From Candidatus Saccharimonadota bacterium (GTDB lineage: Bacteria; Patescibacteriota; Saccharimonadia; Saccharimonadales; Saccharimonadaceae): 64,000 nt of DNA. The translations under genes and the position numbers were made by a program. Below the pieces are notes generated by a model. It was given only the letters and a program-made list of their open reading frames with translations, ran no database searches and had not been told where the DNA came from. The stretch is taken from positions 33,710-97,709 of the forward strand of contig JAEUQU010000001.1 of assembly GCA_016789455.1 (NCBI GenBank), given 5' to 3'. Position 1 is the first letter of the stretch. Each line of letters opens with the position of its first letter. This document shows positions 1 to 9,400 of the stretch, piece by piece.

Positions 1-339
1 CGCCATCATTATGCCAACCGCAGTGATAACAAGTACTGCACTTTGTTGCCATTTACCACCCGGAATGCTCTTATAAGCCAGCCGCGCGAACATGGCCAGC
101 GCGATAAGCGCACCCAGACCCGCCCACGGCAACGAACTTAATATGGACCTCCCGACCGATACTTGTGCCACAGAAGGACCATACGCTATCGTGGGTGGGC
201 TTCCCACTCCGTTGAGCAGGCCGGGGCCGTACGTATCATAGAGGTGCAGCAGGAATACGGGCAAGCCGACGATTACTAGAAAAGCGATAAGGCAAAATGG
301 TACCAAGAAGTTTGATTCTTCATGCTTACCACGGAGCAT
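1..339 (-). CDS. small polytopic membrane protein, N-terminal 113 codons only (ORF runs off the window start); paralog of 1002-1355 and 11681-12019
   Basis: Own translation of the minus strand from the ATG at 337-339: MLRGKHEESNFLVPFCLIAFLVIVGLPVFLLHLYDTYGPGLLNGVGSPP... It shares the Y-x3-GPGLLNG segment with the 11681-12019 product. It is absent from the ORF track because it is open at the window edge. Confidence 0.45.
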   Translation of the reverse strand, partial: MLRGKHEESNFLVPFCLIAFLVIVGLPVFLLHLYDTYGPGLLNGVGSPPTIAYGPSVAQVSVGRSILSSLPWAGLGALIALAMFARLAYKSIPGGKWQQSAVLVITAVGIMMA

Positions 340-341
340 AA

Positions 342-953
342 CTACCATTCCGATGAATCATAGTAGTCGCGTGTTTCTTTAGAGCATTCTACTTGAGTGC
401 GCACAGCTGCATCAGTGTTGTCATTATTCAATGCCACAACTGCATACCTAACATTACAGTAACTGCTTTCTACATTTGCAAGCTGAAATTTTTCAACCCC
501 GCCCTTATCAATTTTATGACTACTTGTAGATATAATTTCTTGAAGTGATAGCGATGAATCAGGGTAGATACCGTTCACTTCTTGCAATTTCTCAACGTGC
601 TTAGATGTAGCAAGCTTTTCGTGCATAGCACCAATGACACCTCTCGCTTCCTCTACAGTAGCAACAGGCTTCTTGCTGGTTATCGTGACACCACAATAAC
701 CACTTTGCGGATGAATATCCTTGTAACAGCTTTTTTCTAGTACAGGATCAACGCCATCACCAGAAGACTTTTCGCTTACAATCAAGGATGAGACTTCCGA
801 CAGGTTTCTTAATTCGTTTATTTCACCGGCTCGCGAATTTGCCCTAAGCTGCAAGAATCCAACATACGCCAGCGCGACAATCAGAAGTGTAATTACTATA
901 AGGATAAAACTGATTTTCCTATCAACAGCATTCGTATTGCGCCTATCGCCCAA
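342..953 (-). CDS. N-terminally anchored four-cysteine ectodomain protein (ORFan family, copy A)
   Basis: 203-aa ORF with one N-terminal TM helix (ISFILIVITLLIVALAYVGF). It has two Cys pairs (CYKDIHPQSGYC and CNVRY...VEC) and a C-terminal ...SSEW. The layout matches 12056-12658, 12660-13262 and 13256-13888. Its stop lies 2 nt from the start of the 1-339 ORF. Confidence 0.6.
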   Translation of the reverse strand: MGDRRNTNAVDRKISFILIVITLLIVALAYVGFLQLRANSRAGEINELRNLSEVSSLIVSEKSSGDGVDPVLEKSCYKDIHPQSGYCGVTITSKKPVATVEEARGVIGAMHEKLATSKHVEKLQEVNGIYPDSSLSLQEIISTSSHKIDKGGVEKFQLANVESSYCNVRYAVVALNNDNTDAAVRTQVECSKETRDYYDSSEW

Positions 954-1001
954 CTTCCTAGCGCTTTGCTTCTTCTGTGTTTTTTCATATGTAACTTTGC
1001 A

Positions 1002-1355
1002 TTACGTTGTAATCCAGCGCCAAAAACCGACGACGCAACTTGCGCCAAATGCAATGAACGTTAGCAGGCCTACCATCATTTTGCCCTCATCGTCTGAAAA
1101 TCGGAACGCCTTTACTGCAGCGATGCCCGTCAGCACAAAAGCCAGCGACATACTTAGCGGCATAAAGATATGCAGCATGAACCATCCAAAATTATTTCTA
1201 AAGCCACCGCCACCAGTGACATAACCGCCCCCTCCAAAGCCAAATATGTCAGGGCCAAGGAATACATACAGCAACACGCATATTACTGGCAGTGCAAATA
1301 CGTTCAATAAAAACAGCCTGTAGAAACTGGCCAGATACTTTTTTGGCTTACTCAT
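1002..1355 (-). CDS. small polytopic membrane protein (paralog family, C-terminal FWRxxTT)
   Basis: 117-aa hydrophobic ORF with a Gly-rich loop GFGGGGYVTGGGGF. It ends in FWRWITT, compared with FWRSLTT in 11681-12019. The overlapping + strand ORF 937-1224 is judged spurious. Confidence 0.55.
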   Translation of the reverse strand: MSKPKKYLASFYRLFLLNVFALPVICVLLYVFLGPDIFGFGGGGYVTGGGGFRNNFGWFMLHIFMPLSMSLAFVLTGIAAVKAFRFSDDEGKMMVGLLTFIAFGASCVVGFWRWITT

Positions 1356-1480
1356 CCAGACACTCCGTAGGTACGGTAATTTCCCAACAAACTGTCATCC
1401 TTTTGCTTTTTCTTGCAGATAATTACTGTCTTTGGCATTGGTAATCATAGCTACAGACTACCATAAGCAACATGACCGAT

Positions 1481-1517
1481 GAAAAGAAAATACCCCCTGA
1501 TCGTCGATGCCAGGGGG
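1481..1517 (-). terminator. rho-independent terminator downstream of 1553-2182
   Basis: GC stem CCCCCTG (1493-1499) / CAGGGGG (1511-1517). On the minus strand it is followed by TATTTTCTTTTC. Confidence 0.55.
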
Positions 1518-1552
1518 CGCGGTTTTCCGTCATCCGCCGACGCACTGCAGCC

Positions 1553-2182
1553 TCACTGCCGCGGCCAGCCCGCCGTCATGTCGACGGGCGTGAACCAGTA
1601 CTCCCAGGGAGGGTTGTACCTGCTCATCAGGTCGTAGGCCGACTTGCGCCGCTCGTACTCCCCGAAGCTGCCGTCGGTCTGGGGTTGGATGTCCGGTGGC
1701 ATGTTCTCCCACTCGTACACCGCCGTCTGGGCCATGCTGGCCAGGCCGTGGGCCGATGCGACGGTTTGCAACGTCACCTCCGGCTGGATTTCCAGTCCGC
1801 CATCGGGCTTGGTGTGGAGCAGCAGCACGACCGGCTCACCGCCGATCGCCCTGGCGCGGAAGGCAGAGTACTCCTCCGTAGCCCCGGGCCTGATGCCGAT
1901 GTACTCGGGTTCACCAAAGCCCACGACCTGCAGGAACGTCGCTGCCTGCTCAACGCGCGAGGGCTGCGACTCCGGCGGCGCCGCCGGCAGCAGGAACCTG
2001 CCAACCAGGACGCTCAGCCCAGCCAGAAGGACCGCAATGAGGATGAAGGCGGCCGGTTTACTGCCGGTCGGATTCCTTTCCTCGCCGTTGGTGCCTGCGG
2101 CACTTGTGCCTGTCACGGTATCTCCTCCGTGGTGCGATGGGATGATGTCGACAGTCCTTGACCGTCGGATGTACTTATACAA
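1553..2182 (-). CDS. hypothetical N-anchored secreted protein
   Basis: 209-aa ORF with a TM segment AAFILIAVLLAGLSVLVGRFLL and ordinary amino-acid composition. The competing + strand ORFs (1472-2161, 1644-2186) are Arg/Ser/Pro-rich, which is typical of antisense frames in GC-rich DNA. A terminator follows. Confidence 0.5.
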   Translation of the reverse strand: MYKYIRRSRTVDIIPSHHGGDTVTGTSAAGTNGEERNPTGSKPAAFILIAVLLAGLSVLVGRFLLPAAPPESQPSRVEQAATFLQVVGFGEPEYIGIRPGATEEYSAFRARAIGGEPVVLLLHTKPDGGLEIQPEVTLQTVASAHGLASMAQTAVYEWENMPPDIQPQTDGSFGEYERRKSAYDLMSRYNPPWEYWFTPVDMTAGWPRQ

Positions 2183-2210
2183 CTAAAATAAAACTAAGTC
2201 AATTGGCAGA

Positions 2211-2630
2211 CTACTGCTCGTTGAGGTAGCGGATCACCTCATCCACCGTCTTCATCCTCATCACCGCCGGATGAAAATAAAACACCGACATATGGTTCAT
2301 CTGGCCAATCAAAAAGATAAGCGGCGTCCCATGCGTAACATTCAAGGCCAGCGCCGCCCCAAGCTCCACGTACATGCCCTTGCCGCTGCTGGCGTTATCG
2401 GTGCAGATGACGTACGCGTCGCATTCGACGACGCCCTGGATGTCCAGCTGGGCGCGGCGGCCGGTCTCTTCGGTATCGCGCAGTTTGTCCTCGACACTGC
2501 CCAGCATCCTATCGCCGGTCTCATTGCGGGTCCAGTCGTGCGTGATGGTGTGGCCGGCGTCAACCAGCGCCTGCTGCACGGCGCGGACGCTGCTGATGTC
2601 GGTGATCTGGCCGGAAACGAATACTTTCAT
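2211..2630 (-). CDS. nucleoside 2-deoxyribosyltransferase-like protein
   Basis: Start trimmed to the ATG at 2628-2630 (MKVFVSGQI...). It is about 139 aa with a Rossmann-like pattern, and GKGMYVELGAALA resembles the NDT/DNPH1-type G-x-x-x-x-E-x-G motif. The longer ORF (to 2888) has an implausible Trp/Cys/Arg-rich N-terminus. Confidence 0.5.
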   Translation of the reverse strand: MKVFVSGQITDISSVRAVQQALVDAGHTITHDWTRNETGDRMLGSVEDKLRDTEETGRRAQLDIQGVVECDAYVICTDNASSGKGMYVELGAALALNVTHGTPLIFLIGQMNHMSVFYFHPAVMRMKTVDEVIRYLNEQ

Positions 2631-2703
2631 ACTTATGCCAATTGTACCTGAAAACCCGGCAGAAAGGAGAACGCCCCTGGCCAGATGAGGCCAGGGGCGA
2701 GGC

Positions 2704-3213
2704 TCAGCCGGCCTGCCGCAGCAACAACGGGAAGCGTCGCCAGCGGCGCAGCTGCTGCGTAGAATACCACTGCAGCAGGATGACCACGATGCCTCCCGCC
2801 AGCGCGGCCACCAGGTCCATCGAGTCGAAGATGTCGGTGTCGGGCGCGCCCAGCCAGCGAAGGATGATGCCGGGGTCAAAGCCGCCATCCCTGTCCCAGC
2901 CCATGTGGTCCTCGAGCTCGATGTAGAAGCCGTGCAGCGTGCCGAGCAGCACGATGACCATGTGTAGGTTGGTCTGGAATCTCACGGCCCTGTCACTGCC
3001 CTGCTGCCGGTGGCGGCGCGGCGTCAGCAACGCGATGAACGTGGAGAAGATGGCCGTGAAGAAGGCAGGGTAGCCAAAGTCGGCCATGTGGTGGCGCAGC
3101 AGCCGCGGCAACCAGTACCACTCCACCAGATACACACGGAAGGCGAACGCCAGCACGGCCAGTAGCAGGATGGCGGCGTACGGCCAGTTGATACGGGGTG
3201 AAGGCCGGGCCAT
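2704..3213 (-). CDS. hypothetical integral membrane protein
   Basis: 169-aa ORF with about 4 hydrophobic segments. GAAAGGA lies upstream of the ATG on the minus strand. No family recognised with confidence. Confidence 0.5.
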   Translation of the reverse strand: MARPSPRINWPYAAILLLAVLAFAFRVYLVEWYWLPRLLRHHMADFGYPAFFTAIFSTFIALLTPRRHRQQGSDRAVRFQTNLHMVIVLLGTLHGFYIELEDHMGWDRDGGFDPGIILRWLGAPDTDIFDSMDLVAALAGGIVVILLQWYSTQQLRRWRRFPLLLRQAG

Positions 3214-3279
3214 GACCGGGGTCCTTTCGGGTCGGGGACGGGTGCGGGATGCCTAGGGTATAGTGTAGCGCTTCTGCCT

Positions 3280-3876
3280 TTAACGGTAAATTTTTAGGCG
3301 ATACGTCCAGCCAGGTTGCCACGCCCCTGTTTTGCGCCAGTCCTCAGCAAAGACCCGCTCCCACGTCTTGCCGTTGGCGATATGTTCCAGTGCCAATTGT
3401 GGCGCCTGGTGGGCAACTATGGCGATATGCTTGCCCGTATACTTCTTAGCAATGTCACGGCGGAAGTCCTGGATGCGACCGGCCACATCCTCATAACTTT
3501 CGCCATGAGGAAATGGCTTTTTTACGTACTGGGTCATATCACTCTTAAAGCCGGCGGTAGGCGTGCCGTTCAGATCTCCATAGTTGCACTCGCGCAGCCG
3601 TTCATCCTGGATGATCTCGTACTTGCCGCCGAACCCAAGCCGGGCCGAATCGACCGCTCTTTGCAAATCAGAGCAGAAAACGACGTCAAAATGTTTGTCT
3701 GCCGCCTGCTCTCCCAGCTTTATTGCCTGGGCACGACCAGTCTCCGATAGTTCTCCGGGCAGCCAGCCGGTTGCCAAGCCTTGCTCGTTGTCCGTGGTCG
3801 TGCCGTGGACGAAATACGCAATTAATACTTCGTCAAAATTGGCACCTTCTTTGTTTTGCATGATTCCCCCGTTCAT
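3280..3876 (-). CDS. histidine phosphatase (phosphoglycerate-mutase-like) family protein
   Basis: Motifs FVHGTTTDNE, CSDLQRAVDSA and IVAHQAPQLAL match the family layout. The usual RHG is VHG here. It has a 4-nt ATGA overlap with the upstream rdgB-like gene. Confidence 0.6.
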   Translation of the reverse strand: MNGGIMQNKEGANFDEVLIAYFVHGTTTDNEQGLATGWLPGELSETGRAQAIKLGEQAADKHFDVVFCSDLQRAVDSARLGFGGKYEIIQDERLRECNYGDLNGTPTAGFKSDMTQYVKKPFPHGESYEDVAGRIQDFRRDIAKKYTGKHIAIVAHQAPQLALEHIANGKTWERVFAEDWRKTGAWQPGWTYRLKIYR

Positions 3877-4421
3877 CGTTGCCGCAAAAAATCCCGCAAC
3901 CCATCATAATCACGCAGCTTGTTATACGTAATAAGGTCATCCTCCTCAGACAGCTCAGCCCGCGTCAACCCGCCATACCCTTCAGGTTCAAAGATGCGGT
4001 CCCAGCCATAGCCGCCCTTCCCGCGTGGGCTGCTTGCTATGACACCGTCCAGATGCCCTGCAAAGAACCGTAGCTCAGTACCATCAAAATAGCCGTAGGT
4101 AGCCGAGCCATAGGCTGAACGGTCAGCAAAGCCATCCAGCATACGGCACATATTCTCCAGACCGTTCTCCGCATCGACGAAAAACCTGACAAACGGGCCA
4201 GGCAGACCACCCAGCGCGTTAAAGCCGAGGATGGTGTCCTCTACCAGCACGGGTGCCTGTAGCAGCTCATACGCCTGTAGTACCTTATGCTCAATCACCA
4301 CCTTCGGGTCGGCGGATTGTATCTCATCCAGGTCAAGTTTTCGGTGTTCCAAAGTGATGCCAAGAATCTTAGCCAGATAGTCGGCCTTGTTCTGATTGCC
4401 GGTAATAAAGACGGGTAACAT
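3873..4421 (-). CDS. rdgB: non-canonical purine NTP pyrophosphatase (RdgB/HAM1/ITPase family)
   Basis: The N-terminal FITGNQNKADY (TGNxxK) and the overall 182-aa length and pattern are typical of ITPases. Confidence 0.75.
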   Translation of the reverse strand: MLPVFITGNQNKADYLAKILGITLEHRKLDLDEIQSADPKVVIEHKVLQAYELLQAPVLVEDTILGFNALGGLPGPFVRFFVDAENGLENMCRMLDGFADRSAYGSATYGYFDGTELRFFAGHLDGVIASSPRGKGGYGWDRIFEPEGYGGLTRAELSEEDDLITYNKLRDYDGLRDFLRQR

Positions 4422-4433
4422 GCCCTCATACTA

Positions 4434-4487
4434 GCAAAAAATGAAATACCCCGCCTCCCCGGAGTATTTCGTCTCAGGGGGACGGGG
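4434..4487 (-). terminator. rho-independent terminator downstream of 4497-5225
   Basis: Stem CCCCGCCTCCCC (4449-4460) / GGGGGACGGGG (4477-4487). On the minus strand it is followed by TATTTCATTTTTTGC. Confidence 0.5.
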
Positions 4488-4496
4488 TGATGGCCG

Positions 4497-5225
4497 TCAG
4501 GCCGATGGGTCCTGTGCGCCCTGCGCAGCGACGGCCGCCAGCTCACGGTCCGTGCGGCGCAGGTCCAGGGCGAGCGCCCGCACCCTGTCGTGCCGGATGG
4601 CGTCGAGCAGGTCGTCACGGCTGGCGCCGCGGCGGTGTGCCTCCAGCAGGTAGCGCGCCAGCACCAGTTGACCGTACAGCCGGCACTGATCGACCAGATC
4701 CTCCGCCAGCTCCCGCTCCATGCCGCGGCGGCGCAGCTGCAGGTACTCGCGGTGCCGCATAGCATTCCACTGGGCCAGCCACAAGCACTCGTCGTGCTCC
4801 AGGCCGGCGCGGCGGGCGCGGATGTAGGCCCGGATGCGGCCCAGGGAACGCCCGCTGCCGAGTTCGCCGGCGAACAACGGCACGGACAGTACTGCCCAGT
4901 GCTCAGTGAACGCCTCGATGGCGATGCCCGCCTCGCCGGCCTTGCACCGTTCATAGTGGTGCTGCAGCCAGGCTCGGAAGTTCTCGGGGCCGCCGCCGGC
5001 GTTGAAGTGCCAGAGGTGTACCGGCACACCCTCCTCGGGCAGACGGTGCGTGCTGTAGTTGTACCCCGTCTGGGCAGCCAGCAGCAGTTCGTCGCTAGTC
5101 CAACCGTACGTCAACAGTTCGGCGTACGTACCTGCCAGCTCGCGGACATTGCGCGGGCCAAGCCCGTCGTTCGCCTCCAGAAAGGTCAGGAAGTCGCGGT
5201 TGATGAAGGGCGTCGTGTCGTACAC
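4497..5225 (-). CDS. hypothetical protein (very GC-rich ORFan)
   Basis: 242-aa ORF with a GTG start at 5223-5225 preceded by TGGAG. Its composition is balanced (E, L, R, A, W), whereas the overlapping ORFs 4295-5029 and 4590-5309 are low-complexity. No family recognised. Confidence 0.5.
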   Translation of the reverse strand: MYDTTPFINRDFLTFLEANDGLGPRNVRELAGTYAELLTYGWTSDELLLAAQTGYNYSTHRLPEEGVPVHLWHFNAGGGPENFRAWLQHHYERCKAGEAGIAIEAFTEHWAVLSVPLFAGELGSGRSLGRIRAYIRARRAGLEHDECLWLAQWNAMRHREYLQLRRRGMERELAEDLVDQCRLYGQLVLARYLLEAHRRGASRDDLLDAIRHDRVRALALDLRRTDRELAAVAAQGAQDPSA

Positions 5226-5327
5226 GGTAACTCCAAAATGGTCGTGTGCAGTCGAACTATACTATTATATAGTAAAACTAGCTTTTTGTCAAACAATCCG
5301 CTGCCATAAGCAGCATGGGCGACTTCA

Positions 5328-5336
5328 TGCTATAGT
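5328..5336 (+). promoter_or_regulatory. extended -10 box TGCTATAGT, 9 nt upstream of ATG 5346
   Basis: Matches the recurrent TGCTAnAnT motif seen at six other sites in the window. No Shine-Dalgarno lies between the box and the ATG. Confidence 0.4.
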
Positions 5337-5345
5337 GCAGATATC

Positions 5346-6464
5346 ATGCAACTCATCCGCACCCTCTTCGGCCTCCGGTCCATTTATGTTAAGCAGACCG
5401 TGGAGCGGATGCTCTATATATACGTATTGGTGGCGGTCGGCGTCTGCCTGCTGGTAGACATCGCGGTCGATAACAACCTGCCGTACACCACCATCTACGG
5501 CCTGGTCGCCATTGCCGCTTATGCCCTGCTCCGCTCCATTCTGCGTACCTTCATCGTCAACCGCTACGTGCGCCGCTACTCAGCTTCTTTACTCAGCGTT
5601 CCGGCGGCCACCGGTACCGCCAGCACCTCTATCGATATCGAGCTGAACGAAGTCGACCGCATCCACCCCATCGCCACCTTCGGCGATGCCCGGGTCATCC
5701 TGGCTGCCTTTGATTTTTATGGTAAATCCAAGGACCACGAGTACCTGGCCCGCCAGGCGTTCTATGTGGTCTGCGAACTGCCGCTGCGGCGGGTCTTGCC
5801 GCACATCGTCTTTGACAGCAAGCGGGCTAAGCGGTCACAGTTCAAATACTTGTATCTGCGCTCGCAGCGCTTCTCCGTGCAGGGTGCCTTTGATGATATC
5901 TTTGACACATATGTGCCGGATGGCTACCACATCGATTCACTCAGCTTTGTCACCCCGGAAGTCATGCAGGCGATGGTTGAGGCCAGCCGCTACGACATCG
6001 AAATCATCAACGACAAGCTGCTGCTGTACGCACCCTTGATTGACGAGCGCGAGATCGAGGGATTTGCCGCGCACGCCCGTGCCATCGCCCAGCACCTCAA
6101 CGACAACATCGACACCTACCGCGACGACCGCCTGACCGGCAAGGCCCGCAAGACCAGTGTGACCTTGTTTGCGCGGACGCTGCTACGCAATCCGCTGAAG
6201 TTCTTTGTGGCGGCGGGCGGCTTTGGGCTGGTTGCGCTGACTATCATTATCATCGCGCTGGTGGAGTATCCCGAAGGGGCGTTTGACCTTATCTTTAATC
6301 AGTTGACGCTGGTGATTTACATCGGGCTGTTTGCCAACCTGATGCAGGCCCTGAGCATCCGGCGGGAGAATGAGAAGCTGCAGGCGAGCTACCGGGTGAT
6401 TTTGCAGGGTGGGACGAGTGGGTTGAATCCGTATCTGAAGAAGCGGGTAATGAGAAGTAAATAG
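5346..6464 (+). CDS. hypothetical membrane protein (2 N-terminal and 2-3 C-terminal TM segments around a soluble core)
   Basis: 372-aa ORF. The hydrophobic N-terminus is MLYIYVLVAVGVCLLV / IYGLVAIAAYALL and the C-terminal segment is FFVAAGGFGLVALTIIIIALV. The central domain is unrecognised (possibly DUF3137-like, not verified). Confidence 0.55.
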   Translation: MQLIRTLFGLRSIYVKQTVERMLYIYVLVAVGVCLLVDIAVDNNLPYTTIYGLVAIAAYALLRSILRTFIVNRYVRRYSASLLSVPAATGTASTSIDIELNEVDRIHPIATFGDARVILAAFDFYGKSKDHEYLARQAFYVVCELPLRRVLPHIVFDSKRAKRSQFKYLYLRSQRFSVQGAFDDIFDTYVPDGYHIDSLSFVTPEVMQAMVEASRYDIEIINDKLLLYAPLIDEREIEGFAAHARAIAQHLNDNIDTYRDDRLTGKARKTSVTLFARTLLRNPLKFFVAAGGFGLVALTIIIIALVEYPEGAFDLIFNQLTLVIYIGLFANLMQALSIRRENEKLQASYRVILQGGTSGLNPYLKKRVMRSK

Positions 6465-6492
6465 CCCCCGCAGTCGAGGGCTATATATCCGC

Positions 6493-9400
6493 CTACTCTC
6501 CCATGACCACATCCACCCAATAGTTATTCCCATTGAACGAACTCTCCGGGAAGCCGCCCCCATACCGGAACACCCCGCCGCCAGCCTGGGCCGTCAACGG
6601 GCCGTTGGTGAAGGCTGCGTTCAGGCCGCCAGCCGTGTAGCTGTAGTGGCCGGCCGTGCTGCGATACGAAGCAGTATAGGTAGCATTAGCCGTGATGGCG
6701 ATTGGCGTAGCGAAGGTAGCCGTCTGCCAGCCGCTGGCAGTTTCCGTGCCGGTGGTTGCCGTGCCGAGCGGCGCGCCGGCAGCGTCCCAAAGCGTCACGG
6801 TGTGGCTGGTGAGCGTATCGGCCGGGGATTTGTAGAACGTGATGGCTTTGACGCTGCCGTTCTGGCTGCTGGCGAACTTCAATCCCAGTTCCACGTCGTT
6901 GTCGGCGGCGGCCGAGACGGTCTGTGGCTGTGGCGCCCAGAGCGAGAAGACGTTGGCGCCGGTGGTGAAGCTGCTGGAGTATGCACTGGCCAGGGCCACG
7001 CCGTTCGCATCCTTCACGCCGGTAGAGACCTGGACGGTATAGACGGTTTCCGGGCTCAACGAGGCGTTCGGGTTGATGGTGATCCTGTTGCTGGCTGTGG
7101 CGTAGCTGACAGCGGCAGGTACCGGCGTGGTGCCATTCAGCAGCTGGACATTAGTACTGTTGACGGTGCTGGCGTCCAGCGGCTCACTGAAGGTCAGCTC
7201 AATGTTGCCGCCTGGCGCGACGTTGGTAGCACCGGCCGCGGGCGACACCGTGGTGACGGTCGGCGGCGTCACATCCTGGCCATAGGTGGCAGCATAGGCA
7301 CCGCTCGTCACTGGGAAGACGGCATAGGCGACGCCCTTCATCGTCTCGGTATCGAAGCTGACGTTCGTACCGTCCTTTTGCAGGCTCAGCAGCGTGCCGT
7401 TCTTGGAACTCAGCGGCAGCAGGGCGCGGCCCATGGAGCGCAATTTAGCGTCCATAGAGGCAGTGAAGTTCAGGGTTGAGCCGTTCCAACTGGTACCGGT
7501 GAAGTACGAAGCATTGCGGCCATCAGTCCAGTCCAGCAGCTGCTGGCCGGAGACCAGCGGCACGCCGCGGGATTTGGCGGCCTGCACCAGCTGGCGGTCA
7601 AACTGGTCGGAGTAGTCGTAATGCGTGCCGAGTGCGCCGTAGAAACCTTCCGGCCCCAGCGCCCTGTCCAGCTGCAGGTTGATGTTACCTGGGAAGGATT
7701 GGCCGCTTTCATTGACCAGGTGCGAGGGCAGCTGATAGCTGTCGATAAGGCTGCCATCGGTGTCGGCAAAGCGCATGTTCAGGCCGCTGCCGGTCATGAA
7801 GCCCGGGCGGTTCTGGACCCAGCTGCCGGGCCAGTAGTAATAGTTGAGGTCGAGGCGCAGGCCCTTGTCGACACCGATCTTGGCGGCATCGGCATACGTG
7901 CTCCAGGCAATGCAGTGGATGCGGTTGACGCGCTGCACCGGCAGGCTGGCGTACTTGGCGCGGAAGGCAGCCAGGTCGCTGTCGTAGGCAGCGCTGAGCG
8001 AGGCAGGCGTCCAGTTGTTGCAGCCGGTGCTGGCGTGGACACCAAAGTCGAAGCCTTGGGCGTGATAGCCGGCGGCCTGGGCGTCGGTCAGCGGCGTGTC
8101 GGTGTAGATGAGCGAGGTGGAGCGGACGCATTCCCAGTCTGCCACCGAGCAGCCAGGGGCGCTTTGGGCCAGCTGGTAGTCCAACGCGGAGACAGTGCCG
8201 TTGCCGGTGGCGTGGTCGTCGGCCACCATCACCATGACGGCTTTTTTGTTGTACGGGAAGTAGGATAGCTTTGGCAGCGGCTTACGGTCTTTGTTGACCT
8301 CGGCGATCAGGTTGGCCAGCAGGCGCTGTTGTTCGTCGGCCTGCGGGATGGCAACTTTATTGAGGTTGACGTAGTCTGGCTGCAGGTCACCGGCTTTGGC
8401 ACCGTAGAACAGATCGTTGGGACGGATGACGGAGTTGCCATCGCGCTCGTCGCCGGACCAGGCCGGGTTACCCTGGTGCATCAGCACGATGGAGCGGGCC
8501 AGATCGTAGGTAAAGGCGGCTGCCTGCCCGCCGTTACTGCCCACGGAGCGCACGGTCACGGCCGGATTGGTAGTGGCGGTAGTGCCGTTGCTGTAAAGTG
8601 TGGCCACCGTGGCGGTACCGTTGTTGGCCGAGTAGCGGTCGGCGACGCCGTGGTATTGGATGGTCTCGTCGACGATGCCGGCACCAGGCGCAGTGCTCGT
8701 GTTCACCTTGAGATAGGCATCAGACAGCAAAGCCGACTGGTCGGTCAGGCCCAGCAGGCCGGCCAGCTTCTTGTCCGGGCGCATGGCAATCAGGTTACCG
8801 CCAGAGTTCACCCAATTGCTCAGGCTGCTGACCTGTGAATCGGTAAGGGTCATATCGCCAAGAATGGCAACATCGTAGTTGGCCAGCATTGTGCTGTTGA
8901 CCGCGCCGATCTCGACGGTCTTGAAGGAGTTGAGGCCTTCGGCGCGCAAGATCTCACTGTAGTAGGCGCTGAACGGCTGACCGGCCTTGGTGATGACCAG
9001 GATGGGGCCGTCGTGGCCTTGCGCCAGCGGGTCAACGGCACCGGCGGTGGTGGCTTGGGTGGTAAAGCTCCAGGTGTAATCGGCGGCCAGGGCATTACCG
9101 GCAGCGTCCTTGATGGCGGTAGTCAGGGTGACGGTATACTGCGTGCCCTGCTCCAATGCGGCGGTCGGGGTCAGGCTTATCTTATTGGCAGCGGCATCAT
9201 AGCTGACGGTAGCTGGCACCACGGCATTCTGGGCATTACGCAGGACTACGGATGAAGCCGTGACGGTCGAGGCGGTCAGCGCCTCATTGAAGGTAGCGGT
9301 AATAGTGGCATCGGTGGCCGCATTGGTGGCACCACCCGTCGGCGTGGCTGCAGTGACGGTCGGGGCGGCGTTATCCAGCGGCACCGAGATGACATCCACC

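Noticed and set aside
1472-2186. Plus-strand ORFs 1472-2161 (229 aa) and 1644-2186 (180 aa), plus several shorter ORFs overlapping 1553-2182
   Set aside because: Their Arg/Pro/Ser/Gly-rich low-complexity translations are typical of non-coding frames in GC-rich DNA. The minus-strand 209-aa ORF has a TM anchor, balanced composition and a downstream terminator.
2631-2888. N-terminal extension of ORF 2211-2888
   Set aside because: The extension is Trp/Cys/Arg/Ser-rich and overlaps the 3' end of 2704-3213. The NDT-like domain starts cleanly at the ATG at 2628-2630.
4295-5309. ORFs 4295-5029 (minus), 4590-5309 (plus) and smaller ones overlapping 4497-5225
   Set aside because: The translations are Ala/Arg/Pro/Trp/Cys-rich and implausible. 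Only the 4497-5225 frame gives a protein-like composition.
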